From Haliotis cracherodii (Eukaryota), in contig NW_027266273.1 of the NCBI RefSeq assembly GCF_022045235.1, positions 3,286,001 to 3,350,000 on the forward strand: a stretch of 64,000 bases of DNA. Direction: 5' to 3'. Position 1 is the stretch's first letter. Each line of letters starts with the position of its first letter. Made by a program: the position numbers and the translations under genes. The notes beneath the pieces were generated by a model. That model saw only the letters and a program-made list of their open reading frames with translations, made no database searches and was not told where the DNA came from. Shown one piece after another: positions 13,507-26,510 of this stretch.

Positions 13507-13810
13507 GACCGCCTCCGTGGCCTAGTGGTAGAGCATCCGCCGGAGAGCGGAAGGTGGGGAGATGAAGCTTGTTGTTACCCTGTCTGGCACTCGGCATTAA
13601 GGTGCTAAAACAAGGACTGGACGGCTCGGAGTCAGTATATTGTGTCTGAATGGGGAAACTGCAGCATGCTATCTCAATGGGCTAGCATTATGCAATCGGC
13701 ATTAGTCCGGACTAGTACAGGCAACCAAACGCACACGTTCATGCACGTCGCTATATGAGTGCAACAATTTTGAACGCGACGTTAAACCTCATTTCACCTC
13801 AATTCACCTC
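13507..13810 (+). mobile_element. SINE family B with internal deletions
   Basis: Head, body and tail match family B. Confidence 0.88.
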
Positions 13811-14316
13811 AAAGTTGCAATGTTTTTATGACTGCTTTCTACGCAAAATGTCGCTTGAATGAAGGTAAAAGATTTAATTGAATAAACATGGGATACGTCA
13901 TACTTGTAAGTGTGATGTTGTACTGGGAGTTATCTGTAACCTTATATCACTGGTGGAATGAAAAATGTTCATATATTTCAATTGTTAAAAACGTCACTAT
14001 AACGTCATTCGACTAAAATACTAGTATGACGTCACAACGCAAATGAGACTTGTTGCCAGGATGCTGTTTGGTCGGGCAATTGCTGAAGGTTCAACGGTTT
14101 GTTATTTTTCATGACTGAAGCTGAATAAAAGATGAATATTTGGTTAAACTGGAAAGACAAATTGTTCATCCCATGCCCCAATAAGACTTATATATTTCCA
14201 GTTGACAGGATGAACTAAATATTCTCTTCATCCTAAATTTCAAACTAAGAAACATTATTCTACCGCGCATTGCGAGAGAATCAAACACCTGAAGCCGTTG
14301 TGAAAGACTAGTGTAT

Positions 14317-14880
14317 GAGTGAGTGAGTTGGGTTTAACGCCGCTTTTAACAGTATCCCAGTTATATACCGGCGTGTCAGCTTAATGTGGGAGGAAAGCCC
14401 GGAGATGCAGACGTTGATCTCTTGTGTTAAACCACGGAGTTGGTTGGTGTGTTGCCTTACACCGCACTCAGCAATATTCCATCTGTAGACGGCAGTCATT
14501 AAATAATCGAGTCTGCACCATATAATCCAGTGATTGATATCATGAGCATCGATCCACGCAATTGGGATCGATGACATGCTTCAAGCATGTCAACGATCCT
14601 GACCACCCGATCCCGTTAGTCGCCTCTTACGACAAGCATAGTCGCCTTTTTACGGCACGCATGGGTTGCTGAAGACCTATTCTTCCCCGAATCTTCACTG
14701 GTGGAAACCGAGGAGGGTTTGGGTATGGTGCTGACAAACCAAGAAACATAACCTCCTGAGGTGAATAAAGAGGGAAAAGAAAAAAACAAGAAACATAATC
14801 GTGGCAAAGCGGGATTCGAACCTACATTCATAGGTTTCTGGCGTGTCAAAGGAACGTAACTACTCTAACCCGTGCCCCCG
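14317..14880 (-). mobile_element. SINE family D interrupted by a family C element (~14440-14699)
   Basis: D tail at 14317-14440 and D head at 14700-14880, with a complete C element between them. Confidence 0.8.
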
Positions 14881-15544
14881 ACTAATGTATGAAACACTGG
14901 TAAATTGGTGCTGAAGTAACATTTAGCTGCAGCGGGATCAAATGTTTCTTAGATCAACATGGACTAAAGTCACTGGTATTTTCTATAGGTACTAATGTTA
15001 TAAAATGACGTCTGCGTGGAATTTCATAACGTTATACAGATCTCTGATTGTCAAAGAGCTCGGTACAAATAATCAGAATGAAATCAATACTGACTTCTCT
15101 TCAGGATGATTAAATCACATTAGTTCACCGAAATAACCAAAGTGTTTCGTGACGAAGTCGTATTAATCCTATTGTGTTGCAGATAGATTAGGTTCAGGAA
15201 CCCGTAGTTTGGCGATTATGCGACACTCGGTGCTGATGAAACAAGACCGATGGGTTATTTTACTTAAGGGCAATAATAAGTTACAAGGCAAAAACACGCA
15301 TTTAAGAAGACCAGAGAACTGTAGTGCGAATCTGTCTTTTGATACATACATTTATCGTCGGATATTTTGACCTTTTTCATCTTGATATTTGAACATTTGG
15401 GTGAGATTCTCTGTTTAACTCAGAAATCACACAACACCACATTTGCATAACCTTTGTCGTGTGATTTATAGAGCGGATTAAAAATACTCCATGTAGCTGT
15501 TGGTTTTAAAAACAAATGTTTGTATATATTGTCACAGCTGCGCA

Positions 15545-15744
15545 GGGCGGTGGAGGTCGCCGAGTCGTCCGGGTTTGATACCCCAGTCGGGTACAATGTG
15601 TGAAGCCCATTTTAGTGTCCCCCGCCTTAATATTGTGGGAATATTGAAGCGGCTTAACATCATACTCATTCACTCACTCACTTGGTGCCCCCGCCGTGAT
15701 ATGTCTGGGATAATGCTAAAATCGGCGTAAACTTACACACTCAC
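15545..15744 (+). mobile_element. SINE family A with a duplicated 3' tail
   Basis: Two successive ccccgcc...gcggc/cggcgtaaa...actcac tail modules. Confidence 0.8.
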
Positions 15745-16388
15745 CGCGTAATGTACGATGTATTGACCACAAATCGTTTCAGGAAGATATACAAGCGGGT
15801 TATATCTCACTTCATCAAACACGACAACCATTCACCCGGTCATCAGCATAACTCACTCTGATGCATTTATTACCAACATGCTACGTTCGCACAGACTCGA
15901 GATAACTAGCCTGTCAGCTAAATAGCCTCAAAGCAGCATCGCGCGCATAGTTCTACTTCCGCTTCTGCATCGTATGGTGCGAGAAAGTAATTTCCTGCCA
16001 TAAGATAGATGCCTTTATGCTCCTGTTTCAGAACACACTGGAACTCGATCTTGTTGAGAGAGTATTGTACATATCGCATGATGCGTTCATGGTTCAGGAC
16101 GCAAATGGCATGTGGAGAATTTGGATTAAGCAGCGCGGATTGTTGTTCCTAACAAACGAGGGATGGTACCATTTCCCTTAGGCATTGAGATCAGTTTGGA
16201 AACGACAGTGAGATTATGTCTGCCTTGATCGAAAAAACACCATTAACTCAGCAACACACCTCGAATTTGAATTAATTCATCAACGGTAGTTGATAGCCCG
16301 TTGCTAAAAGCAAGAGGTGTCGATATGTGTTCAGAATCCCGCTGTCTTGTTGTGTGAATGTGACTTATTTAGTGTTGACTTAATCTTT

Positions 16389-16468
16389 CATATCATATCA
16401 TATCATATCATATCATATCATATCATATTCCTTATATCTCATATATCATATTTTATCATATTACTCAT
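16389..16468 (+). repeat. (CATAT)n microsatellite
   Basis: Directly visible. Confidence 0.95.
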
Positions 16469-16896
16469 ATAATTTTTCTTTGTATCGGAATTCGTTACCG
16501 ACTGAATATCACAACATATTTTTAAGGTGAAACATGCGCTTGGATTTTATGTATACACCTAGAAAAAGGTAAAGCACGATATTTTCTATACTTTCATATA
16601 TCATGTATGTTTAGAAAATAACTTCGTATCACATTGATATAATTTTGACAACTGTCCAAGATACCACGATACCTCCTGGGTAGTTGGTACAAGAACGCTA
16701 TATATTCCTGCAGGTAGTCGCAAATACGTAGTAATATCATAAGATGCACAGAAGCATGCGCAGATGAAGCAACTGAAAGGTAACCAGGAAACCATTGCCA
16801 AGAAGCGGTAACAAAATATGTCATTAGTAATCGATTTCTGTTTCTGTATTTCAATGATTATGTCACATTGTCAAAACATGGTTTCTCATAATTATA

Positions 16897-17057
16897 GGGG
16901 CGGTCGGGTAGCCTGGTGGTTAAAGCGTTCGCTCTTCACGCCGAAAACCCGGGTTCGATTCCCGACATGGGTACATTGTGTGAAGCCTATTTCTGGTGTC
17001 CCCCGCCGTGATGTAGCTGGAATATTGCTAAAAACGGCGTAAAACCATACTCACTCA
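16897..17057 (+). mobile_element. Full-length SINE family A
   Basis: 12-bp TSD ctcataattata (16885-16896 / 17058-17069); A and B boxes present. Confidence 0.93.
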
Positions 17058-18783
17058 CTCATAATTATAAAAAAAAATATATTATTAATTTATTTATAAA
17101 AAACATTTCCCACACTTTAACACGTACGATGCACGCCATAAGGGTCAGAAGGCAATTGTAGCTATGAATCAATGCAACTACAAGACACATGTTTATTAAA
17201 CAATCACAGAAACTTCCTCGGGGTAATCTGGCTATCACTAACAGTCTTACCCTTCAAGGTTATCCGAACTTATAAATTAGGGCGAGTCAATGTATGTCGG
17301 CATTGAGTATTTTATATGACTTTGATATACGAGACGCAATGAAAGCAATCTTATGAGTTTCAAGATTCTAGTACCAGCAACGCCTTTCAAGATATGTGCA
17401 ATGAAATGTGTACTTGTGCAGCTAACGACTCATAACCTTCTGAGTAGTTATATCGGCACTTATTAGAAACCCTTTTCTGTGAATCTGAGAGCAATGGCTC
17501 TCTGATGCAGACATTAAAATAGATTGTTTAATGATGCTACATGTATGATGACACTTGCAGAATATTGTGAATGGATATATTTACAGGGATTACCGAGACT
17601 TGCAATTTGATAGCTTTACCTGCATTGTCAAATAGTCCAATAGGATTTAATCAAGTAGCTAGAAGTGATTTAACTAGGGAAGTTAAATCCCTGGAGATTC
17701 CACAGTAGTTCTTTTAAACTCCTCCGAAGCAGAGGGGGTGATCGGTAAATAAATCATATCTCGAAGCCTTCTATCCGCGTTTCCATATCCAATTACGAGA
17801 TATATACGTGCATAAAACGCTATTCATTTCTGGGAAATTGTATTTGCACTAACTAGCTTCTACGTAACAGCAGTTAAAAACTTGCAGCTTGTAATTTGCT
17901 CTGCACTTAATGAAACGGGTTTCTTCGGCTCCACAATTTAAAGTAGCTATACCAGAAACCATTAATTTGGACGGGAAGGTCTGCGCTGGTCTTCTGTGTG
18001 GCTACGGTATTCATTATCTGTACAGTATGAACGATGGGTTACTTAACTTTCAATGAGATCTGGCAGGTTAGAAACGGAACGGATTTAACATGGAAGAATG
18101 ACGTTAGGTGACAGGCATTGTAATGCAACCTTATTATAGACGTCATACGAGGGTCTTTCTTGATGGACAGTTAGTAATTATTTATGAAGGCACAACCAGG
18201 AAGGCATGTTGAATGGTTTCGCGAATATATTTGCTGCGTAGATGTCAAGCATACAACAGCAATGGAATGCCGACCCTTTCAATATAATATGCCGTATTCG
18301 TTTCAACTTTATTCTTGAATTCTATAACACTGGATATCTATTATTGTTGGACTGTCACATCATCGGGAAATGTATTGCTTTTACTTGTTGCTACTGTCAC
18401 TGGACAGGTTTTAGTCTTACCATTAAAACTGACTGCTGAATAGTGCTCGGAATGTTTAGGGGAGCATTCTGCTCGTACCCACTCCAGGGCCTGCAAATTT
18501 ATTCATGTTGTTCGAACACCAAACTGAATCTATTAACCCATATGTTGCAGTGTAAAACAAGTTTATCACTTAATGCAAAATCATGTTATACAAATAGACT
18601 GTCTCATATTCACAAATGACACTAGTTTAGACTAAGTTTGAAAATAGGCTCCAGACAGTCGAGCTCTGTATCCTTTAGTGTAAGTCATCTGATTGTGTAT
18701 TTCGGAGTTAGATGAATTATAGATTGCCGTGTGGAGGTCGCCAACCAATATGTCCTCTATATCTCCTGTGAAGGATCACGAAT

Positions 18784-18968
18784 TGAGGTGAGGTGAGATG
18801 AAATGGGGTTTATTGTCGCGTCAAAGATTGTTGCACATGTATGTCGACGTGCCTGCGCGTGTGTCTGTGTACGTGTGTATGTCGCGTAGTCTGTTGGTAT
18901 GACGCGACCGGGGATCGAACCTTCCGTTCTCCAAACTGATGCTCTGCCCCTAAACCACGGAGGCGGTC
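18784..18968 (-). mobile_element. SINE family B, central body deleted
   Basis: Head and tail of family B joined directly. Confidence 0.85.
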
Positions 18969-20822
18969 GTTTACGAAATGAAGAATGACCATTTCGAGAA
19001 TCAGTGAAAAGTAAGATCGTTGTGTCTGTTCTGTTCAAACTACACGCTTCTGCAATAACAAGACACGCACAATTATCCTGCGAGTCATATACACTTAACG
19101 TATGCTGAGTGTAAATGCTATTACTATTTGGCTGAAATTAAAGATACCGAATGAGTAGTTCTACATATTGACTTTTTTCCGAATAATTAACTCTGTATTT
19201 TGGAAACTTTTGAACTCGTTTACAACGAATATTGTTGATCAAAGTAGAGGCCATTTGCGATGTTTCAACGCCTCGCGTCACTTCATAAGCGAATCAACAT
19301 GCTCCCTCAAGAGATTCCAGCTCATTAATTTCTAGCCTATCTATGAGGCACGCAAGCATGGCCAATGGGAGTTGACCTTGGGTCAGATTTACCGAAAATC
19401 TGATGAGGTTGCAGTACATGGGATAGATTGCCCAGTTGCCCAAACCACAGTACCATGTTCTGATCCAAATCACCAATCTCTAGGGGGAGTATTGAGAGAT
19501 CAGATTTTGTGGTCATGAGATTGGAGGAACAGTATTTTCCTATAAGTTGATTACTTGACAGAGCTTATAGTTGGTAAAGAGACAACGTGAGAGGGATCGG
19601 ATCGAGTAATGACCTCGTTACCACAACTAATTGATAGACTCACATTGAAGTGGACACCAAATGCTAAGCCTTGCCGTTTCCCAAAGACATTGTACCAACT
19701 TACTGCTTGGAGTGGACTTGCAAGTGTGCCTCAGCATTGATCGTTTACAGGGAAATAGTCGTGGAATAAAAAGACAGGTTTTAGCGGATATAATCAGTTA
19801 AGTAAACATTGTACTTCCAGGTACGTGCCTTTATCTGTGTTTACTGAATGGCTTCAAATAGAAATGTTATGAATATAAGGACTTAAGTCGTTGTGTTTAC
19901 ATCAGAAGGTAACAGTTTCTTTGTCTCGTAAGAACTTGAAGTCTCGTCTTGAACGAGAGTTTGTGCCTGAAACGCAATGAATGGTAATGTAACTCCATTT
20001 AGACATATGGCCGTAAAGTAAAACAATCAGATAATTGTTTGCAATTACTTAAGGGGTGAGCAGAAAACAAACACAGGACTATTCTTTTTACCTGATTGAG
20101 TGTCTGTATACAGCACAAGATCGGAAAAAAAACTTGATAAAACCTACAGTGAATTCAGAATTGATAACTGAAGAATATTTATTAAAAAAATATAGATGAG
20201 TATGTACATCCTTGAGGATAAAAACCGGAAATACAACGAACACCCAAACGAGGCTCTAGTCTAGCACCTAATCACCTTAACGCAGAAACTCGGGAAATAA
20301 CGTCAAATCACGCGTGATTTACTCTCGAGGGCATATTAGACTTATCAGACATGTGGCCACATGGTTCCGAGGTTAATGAAGGCTAAAGCCGGAATGAAGG
20401 TCTTCTAGCCAGACTGAATCTTTTCTAGTTTACTTCCAACTCTTTACGAGTTAGTAGTTAATTAAGCAGAAACGCAGTCACAACGAGACAAGGTAAAAGT
20501 TCAGAAACAGTGTTTGTGTGGTGTTGTCCACAGCAGGAGTTCATTTCAATGATGTTTTTGTAATAATTCATAGTTTAAGTACTAAACTGATAAAGAACTC
20601 AAGAAAAAGTGAGTAATTACATCAAAAAGTGTGACTTGCATATGACATAGTTGAAATTATACAATGGGTTCTGTTAAGCAGACCTTTCTTACGATTATGA
20701 AGGAGGATTTGTCGTGTGTATTTACACACTTTAAAAATGTCGTTGTAATCTGGTCTATTAAACGTATAGTGTTTTTATTGTATATGACCATGAAACCACT
20801 TTTAATTTTCCATTCAAAATGA

Positions 20823-21157
20823 GGTGGTGAGGTGAGGTGAAATGGGGTTTAACGTCGCGTCCAAGATTATTGCAAATATATAGCGACGTGCATGCACGTG
20901 TATGTGTGCGTGTGGCTGCTTGTACTAGTCTGGACTGATGCCGATTTATAATGCTAGCTCACTGAGATACCATACACATGAATACCCCATTCAGACACAG
21001 TATACTGACACCGAGCCGACCAGTCCTTGTTTTAGCCCCTTAATGCCGAGCGCCAGACAGGGTAACAACAAGTACCATCTTTTAACGTCTTTTGGTATGA
21101 CGCGGTTGGGGATCGAACCCCGTGCGGACGCTCTACCATTAGACCACGGAGGCGGTC
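20823..21157 (-). mobile_element. SINE family B
   Basis: 13-bp TSD ccattcaaaatga (20810-20822 / 21158-21170). Confidence 0.93.
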
Positions 21158-21728
21158 CCATTCAAAATGACTTGGGAGTAGTGTGTTCACATATGTATGA
21201 ATACAATACTTATTGTTTGATCTGTATCTAATACTGCACAATTGGCGAGGCAATTCGCTGAGCCGAGTTGCGATCCTTAAACGTGTCAGAAAACTGTCAT
21301 CCAGATTCGCCTTGATTTTGTTTATGGTTTAAACAACACACTACCCGTGCTCGTTGGTTTGTCTAAAGCGGTCTAACACTCCAACGTCAGGCTCACGATA
21401 CCGTTATAAGCACCGTTAAACCAAACTCACTCACACTGCACAGTTAACGTTTCTTGGTGCAGCATTGAAGGAATCAACACTCGAACAACACGTCAGTATA
21501 CAGCTGATATATGCAATCAAAATACAGTTTCTTCACAGTTCCCTTCAGAATAACTGTTGCAGTTTCATTGAAGCCATTTTGTTACACAAATGTTCTCTAT
21601 ATTGGTATCTGCAAGAAGACGCCGAAAGAATCGACTCATATTAAGTTATCCAGCTCAGAACAGCTGGGGCATGTTCTTTTTGTTTGAATATCTAATTCCC
21701 ACTGTACATGTGGCGGCATCAACGAAGA

Positions 21729-21879
21729 GTGAGTGGGTATAGTTTTACGCCGCTTTTAGCAATATTCACGCAATTCCTCAGGGAACACCAGAAATGGGCT
21801 TTACACATTGTCGGGAATCGAACCCGGGTCTTCGGCGTCACGAGAGAACGCTTAAACCACTAGGCTACCCGACTGACCC
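21729..21879 (-). mobile_element. SINE family A
   Basis: 13-bp TSD gcatcaacgaaga (21716-21728 / 21880-21892). Confidence 0.92.
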
Positions 21880-21924
21880 GCATCAACGAAGAAGGTGATT
21901 GCTCATGTATCAACAGCCACACTA

Positions 21925-22070
21925 AATAACACCCGTACTCGTGGGTTTTACCGAAGTGGTAAGCCTCAGAGACCTGCACCACGTCGGGCTTTCCTCCCTT
22001 ATTAAGCTTCCACGCCGTGATATAACTGGAATACTGTTCAAAGCGACATTGAACCCAGTTCACTCACTCA
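21925..22070 (+). mobile_element. SINE family D, 3' half
   Basis: Matches 38380-38523. Confidence 0.8.
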
Positions 22071-23271
22071 TTACAATCAACATATAATCAGTTTTTGTCC
22101 CCGTGTTTCCATTTCCCTTACATCATTTGTGAGCACTGCACGATCTTATTACTACCACGATCAACTTGACGAAATGTCAGCACGGTCGGGGGTAGTTATT
22201 GTGCTGTTGCTTTATCATCAAACAATATCAAAGGAAGTGTTTTACTGTAATGGTTTTAGAACCAGTTCCAGTAAGAACATCTGTGTTTGCATGGGATTGA
22301 TAACACTAGTTAAAACGACCGTTGGCGCCCCTATACAGCAATACAGTACCAATGATGCTTGAGATGTCTTTGAAAACGCCTCTATATAATGACAGCAAAT
22401 CAATACGCGCAAGATCTAACGAGGCGAGACGAACTTGTCACGGGCCCTATGTTAAGATGTGAAGATGAGTTACGTCACACACACAGACACAGGGGGCAAT
22501 TGAAATGACTTTTGTGTCAGGAAACATGGAGATTATTGCTTTTTCTGATGTGTAAAGAAACCAACTATTTAACTTTTATGTTCCACAAATGACGTCCAGG
22601 TGCAGAACGGAACTCTTTTCCGAATAGGATGGCAATGAATGAAAAGAAGGACGACATTTATATTTAGGAGAAGTGACATTAAAGGGTTTCGTTTGATCAC
22701 GTTTGAATAATGAACATGTGTACACTACTGCAAATACAGTGTATTGATTATAATAGGGAAAGACGGAAGAGTAACAAAAGAGCGAGTTACTGCCTCGGGA
22801 TATTGTGTTGGTCTGGAGAGTGATATTGTACTGTAGCCACTCTAAGGCTCATCTCAAACTTCATCGTGGTTACAAATCTACCCGGTGTTAACAGCAGTTA
22901 TAAGTATAAGGTATAAGTTTACACTACAAGGCCTATTAATTATGTTCCTTTTGTCTTAAACGTTAGTTGACTGAAGTTATAGAACATTATGTACGCATCT
23001 AAAGAAATGATTATGGTATTAATGTATCCATTAGAAATATGTGCGGATACCTTAAAAGATGTCTTTTATTGAATAGTGATACGTACATGGTTTGTTATGT
23101 ACTAGTATTCCTGTTAAATGTATTGATACGAAGTGTATGAGTAATGAACGGAGTACGGTGTGTATCCATCATTTGACTAATGGGTCCATGGAAGAACAGT
23201 TTTATGACAAAACCTATAAGAAATCTCGATTACTCGATCACTAGCAAGTGTTTATGAATAACTATCAAATA

Positions 23272-23930
23272 GTGATGATACCAGGTGTTGACAAAAATGT
23301 GAGCATAACCTGCCCCTTCGGTAGCACCCGAACAAACACATGCTAAGCCAAGGCAAATTTTCACCCGAACAAACACGGGAACGGGAAGTCAAAATGAAGA
23401 AGTATTGCGTTTTGGTCACTGATGTGCCAGTTGTGTAAATGTCCACCACATGTCTACCATAAAACATTTTGAAAGTTTTACTGGGGACCTGATTGTTGTA
23501 ACTCTTCAAAAGTCGTATGACGCTCTTTGAATTATTCGTAGAAAGAGCATTTTGAATTGTTACTGTAGACACCAAAGGCCTGAGCTGTTAATATTGTTCC
23601 ATATAAAGAGAAAGTTGAAGTCATCCCTCTTGTCACAAGATAGACACAATTATTTTGGATAACAACTTCTTTAATACTGTAAAGCAACGGTATAAGGATC
23701 TATACCGAAACGTCGCCTTTTACAGTATTAAAGAAGTTGTTATCCATAAAAATTGTGTCTATCTTGTCATCCGTCAACTTCTAAGTAATGCCTATCAAAC
23801 AATTTATCCCTCTTGTCAGACGGTCTTGTGGAAGTCATGTCATTTATACAATGTCATTCGAACAATGAAACATGACTGTCATTGAATATGAGCTTCGTTA
23901 TCCGTATCGATCGTTGAAAGTGTATGAGTC
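23272..23930 (-). mobile_element. Decayed Penelope-like retroelement RT C-terminal fragment
   Basis: Minus-strand remnants read as DKRDDFNF, FGVY and FKMFYGRH, plus a decayed RY(I)DD-like region near 23900; frameshifted. Confidence 0.65.
23635..23767. repeat. Fold-back (palindromic) element of ~133 bp, MITE-like
   Basis: ~49-bp inverted arms acaagatagacacaatt..ggataacaacttctttaatactgtaaa / tttacagtattaaagaagttgttatcc..aattgtgtctatcttgt. Confidence 0.88.
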
Positions 23931-24007
23931 CAGCGATGATGTGCGTTATAATCTATACTATGTAGTTTTTACAATATGATCTTAAATGTTACCTCTATCT
24001 ACTACCA

Positions 24008-24330
24008 CTGCCCCTGCAGTGTCATGGATAGCGCAGTGGTTGTCCCTTTTGTCCATGTCAGACGTTTTAAAAGAGTACTTGCCGTTATCCGGCCTAGCGC
24101 TTAGCATTAAGAGGATAAAACAAGGACAGGTCGGCTCGGAGTTAGCAACATGTCTGAGTTTGGTATACATGTTTAACTGCGACGTGGTATCTCAGGGGGC
24201 TTGCACTATCAACCTACTATTATAGATCAGGACCAGTACAAGCAGCCACACATACCACACGCACATGCACGTCGCTATGTAAGTAAAATATTCTCAAACG
24301 CGACGTTAACCTCCGTTTTCACCTCTACCT
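24008..24330 (+). mobile_element. Degenerate SINE family B
   Basis: Body and tail match family B. Confidence 0.8.
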
Positions 24331-24342
24331 ACAATGACTTAC

Positions 24343-24386
24343 CTGTACTGTGAAGTACTTAAATCGTTGTTAATGGAACCATTCAT
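24343..24386 (-). CDS. Candidate alternative first coding exon: MNGSINNDLSTSQY(R); frame also open back to ATGs at 24515/24518
   Basis: agaATG, 14 codons + AG, consensus donor CAG|gtaagt, phase 2. Confidence 0.5.
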
Positions 24387-24954
24387 TCTCTTATAACGAA
24401 CCACAGAAACATAGAAAGGTACCAACTTGTAACAGCGAATCCAAATTGACTTATTGAGTTTTAATTGATTACCATTTATGAAAGGTATTCTGAAGAAACA
24501 TGTTTTATTTATCATCATATTTATAGGGATGGGTTATTTCTAGTCATCAGTGTAACGTTCACGTTTGAAATGATATCATGTTACAAATCCCAGATTTAGG
24601 TCTTTAAATTATTTATATATGAAACCACATTGGCGTCAGTTCTTTTCAAATTCCACGGAAAAAACTAAACATTAATGTCAGTTTCGGAGGTTATCTAAAA
24701 TATTTATACAGCCTCTAGAAACACGGAGCCACTTGACATATATAAAAAAGAATTTCATCACATTCGTATTTTGAAAACGTCAGAGATATTTAAATGGGTT
24801 GCCAATGAAATGTCAATTATAGCGGTTGAATGTAAAATTACAATAACAATATCGTTACTTTTGAACTTAAGAGATTTTGTAGTTAAATCAATTCTAATGC
24901 TATTAAAATGGTTTAATTTGGAAATTCGTGAAATGTAGTTTTTGTAAAACTTAC

Positions 24955-24968
24955 CAGTTATACGTCAT
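24955..24968 (-). CDS. Candidate alternative first coding exon: MTYN(W)
   Basis: ATG ACG TAT AAC TG|gtaagt, phase 2. Overlapped by an out-of-frame uORF (ATG ATG GAT GAC GTA TAA), so it may be effectively a 5'UTR exon. Confidence 0.42.
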
Positions 24969-26006
24969 CCATCATTCGCGTCTTCAGCGTTATTCTACTT
25001 CTTCACTTTAACCAAAGGGATAAAACACATTGTTTATCCATTTGTTCTTTCATAGCAATTGCTTGTTCACATGCATTTAAGAAACTTTAATATGTATACA
25101 CATGCGCTTGATTAGCCTGTGTCTTCAAGTGGGATCACCTCATCTCTAGGCTACCACATTGTATTCTAGTATATAAGAGTCTGCGTTTCCTCTCAGAAGA
25201 TCAAACGGGATGTTTGTAAACTTTTATATCATCTTTGGACTTAAGTCCCAAAGGACACACAGATTTCATTCTGAAGTAATTTCCTTCGGCTTTTTAAAGT
25301 TCTTTTTTCTTCGCCAAATGAAACCTGTAACCTATCAAAGTCCATCCATACTCTTGTAATCTGTCTGATAATAGTTTTGTTTACATGCAATTCGCATTAA
25401 CTCCAAGGTTGGATAATTTCTTCATTTATAACCTAGTGCTCCTCCCAAGAGCCTGTTTACACGGTGAGGCCAGGACCCTGTACTCTCGACCACCCCCCAC
25501 CCCCTCCCGGCCGATGCACTTGAGTCAAACAGGCAGGCACGCGAGTTTGTAGTTGTTCAACGTCTGAAAATTTACAGGAATGTAACTTGAGGCGCACGAA
25601 CATCGAGGCGCGAGGCATTTGGGCCATTTCACAGAGGATGTTATGATCTAAATATAGCAGGGGGTATTGACGTCATCAACAACTAAACCAAGGGGGTCTG
25701 GGGTTTCTATCCTGTAAACTTGGTCTGGCGCCTACCATCAGAAACAATGAAAAAAAGTGTACGTTTTCCTCAGAATATATGATCTCTTTTTCTTTTCAAC
25801 AACAATGATCAGACTTATCAAAAGGAAGTTGACTCTTACAGGTTAACTCGTGATAATGGAATTTCAATATGGTATGTAAGTATGAAAAAATAAACAATAC
25901 GGCGTTCTAAAAGGGATACATCTTGTATCTTGTATTAGGTAGCTCGCTTCTCGCATTGTCATCGCACGTGTCATGCTGAGTCGAACAGGTATAAATCAAT
26001 ACCTAC

Positions 26007-26032
26007 CACCAAATCTGAGAAGTCCAGACCAT
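26007..26032 (-). CDS. Candidate alternative first coding exon: MVWTSQIW(W)
   Basis: caaaATGG strong Kozak context, 8 codons + TG|gtaggt, phase 2. Directly downstream of a CpG-rich and polypyrimidine promoter-like block. Confidence 0.58.
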
Positions 26033-26099
26033 TTTGAATTCTTTTCCGTAATACTTGGAACCAGCTCCAAAAGAAGTCAAAATTGGCACAAACTCCAAC

Positions 26100-26510
26100 T
26101 TAAGATAATACACGAAGTCCATCCCATATTCCACGTAAAGGAGACACTACGGGCGTCCGTAGACAAGACACCAATGGACACTGACAATGGCCGTTCGATC
26201 GCTGTCACGTTAACGCAGGCTGGACACGGCCAGAGTTCTAGAATCGCCACTGAAAAATCAAAGCTCGGAAGGTTTCGTCGATTTACCGCCTCAGCTGCGC
26301 GGAGTGATACGGCAAGGCGCAGGTCTTCGACTCTTGGCCTGAGAGGGGGAGCGGGGAGGAGGAATATGGAAGGGAGGGAGTTGTGGCGATGGAGGGAATG
26401 TGGGCAGCGTTGGAAGAGAGGAGGGGACTGACTAAATCCAAGTCTCGATCGATCGATTTGACAGTCGCATCACGATCTCTGCCCATCACAATTTACTCTC
26501 GCGAAACGAA
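26100..26510 (-). promoter_or_regulatory. Putative promoter/5'UTR of the 26007-26032 exon
   Basis: Local GC/CpG enrichment and a CT-rich tract on the minus strand (26340-26430); no repeats recognised. Confidence 0.4.

Noticed and set aside
16897-16975. tRNA genes
   Set aside because: The tRNA-like segments are SINE heads followed by SINE bodies, tails and TSDs.
17300-18250. Possible decayed DIRS/LINE coding sequence
   Set aside because: Only faint motif resemblance; cannot be supported without a profile search.
25973-26431. 152-aa plus-strand ORF
   Set aside because: Arises from a GC/purine-rich stretch antisense to a candidate promoter; no domain features.
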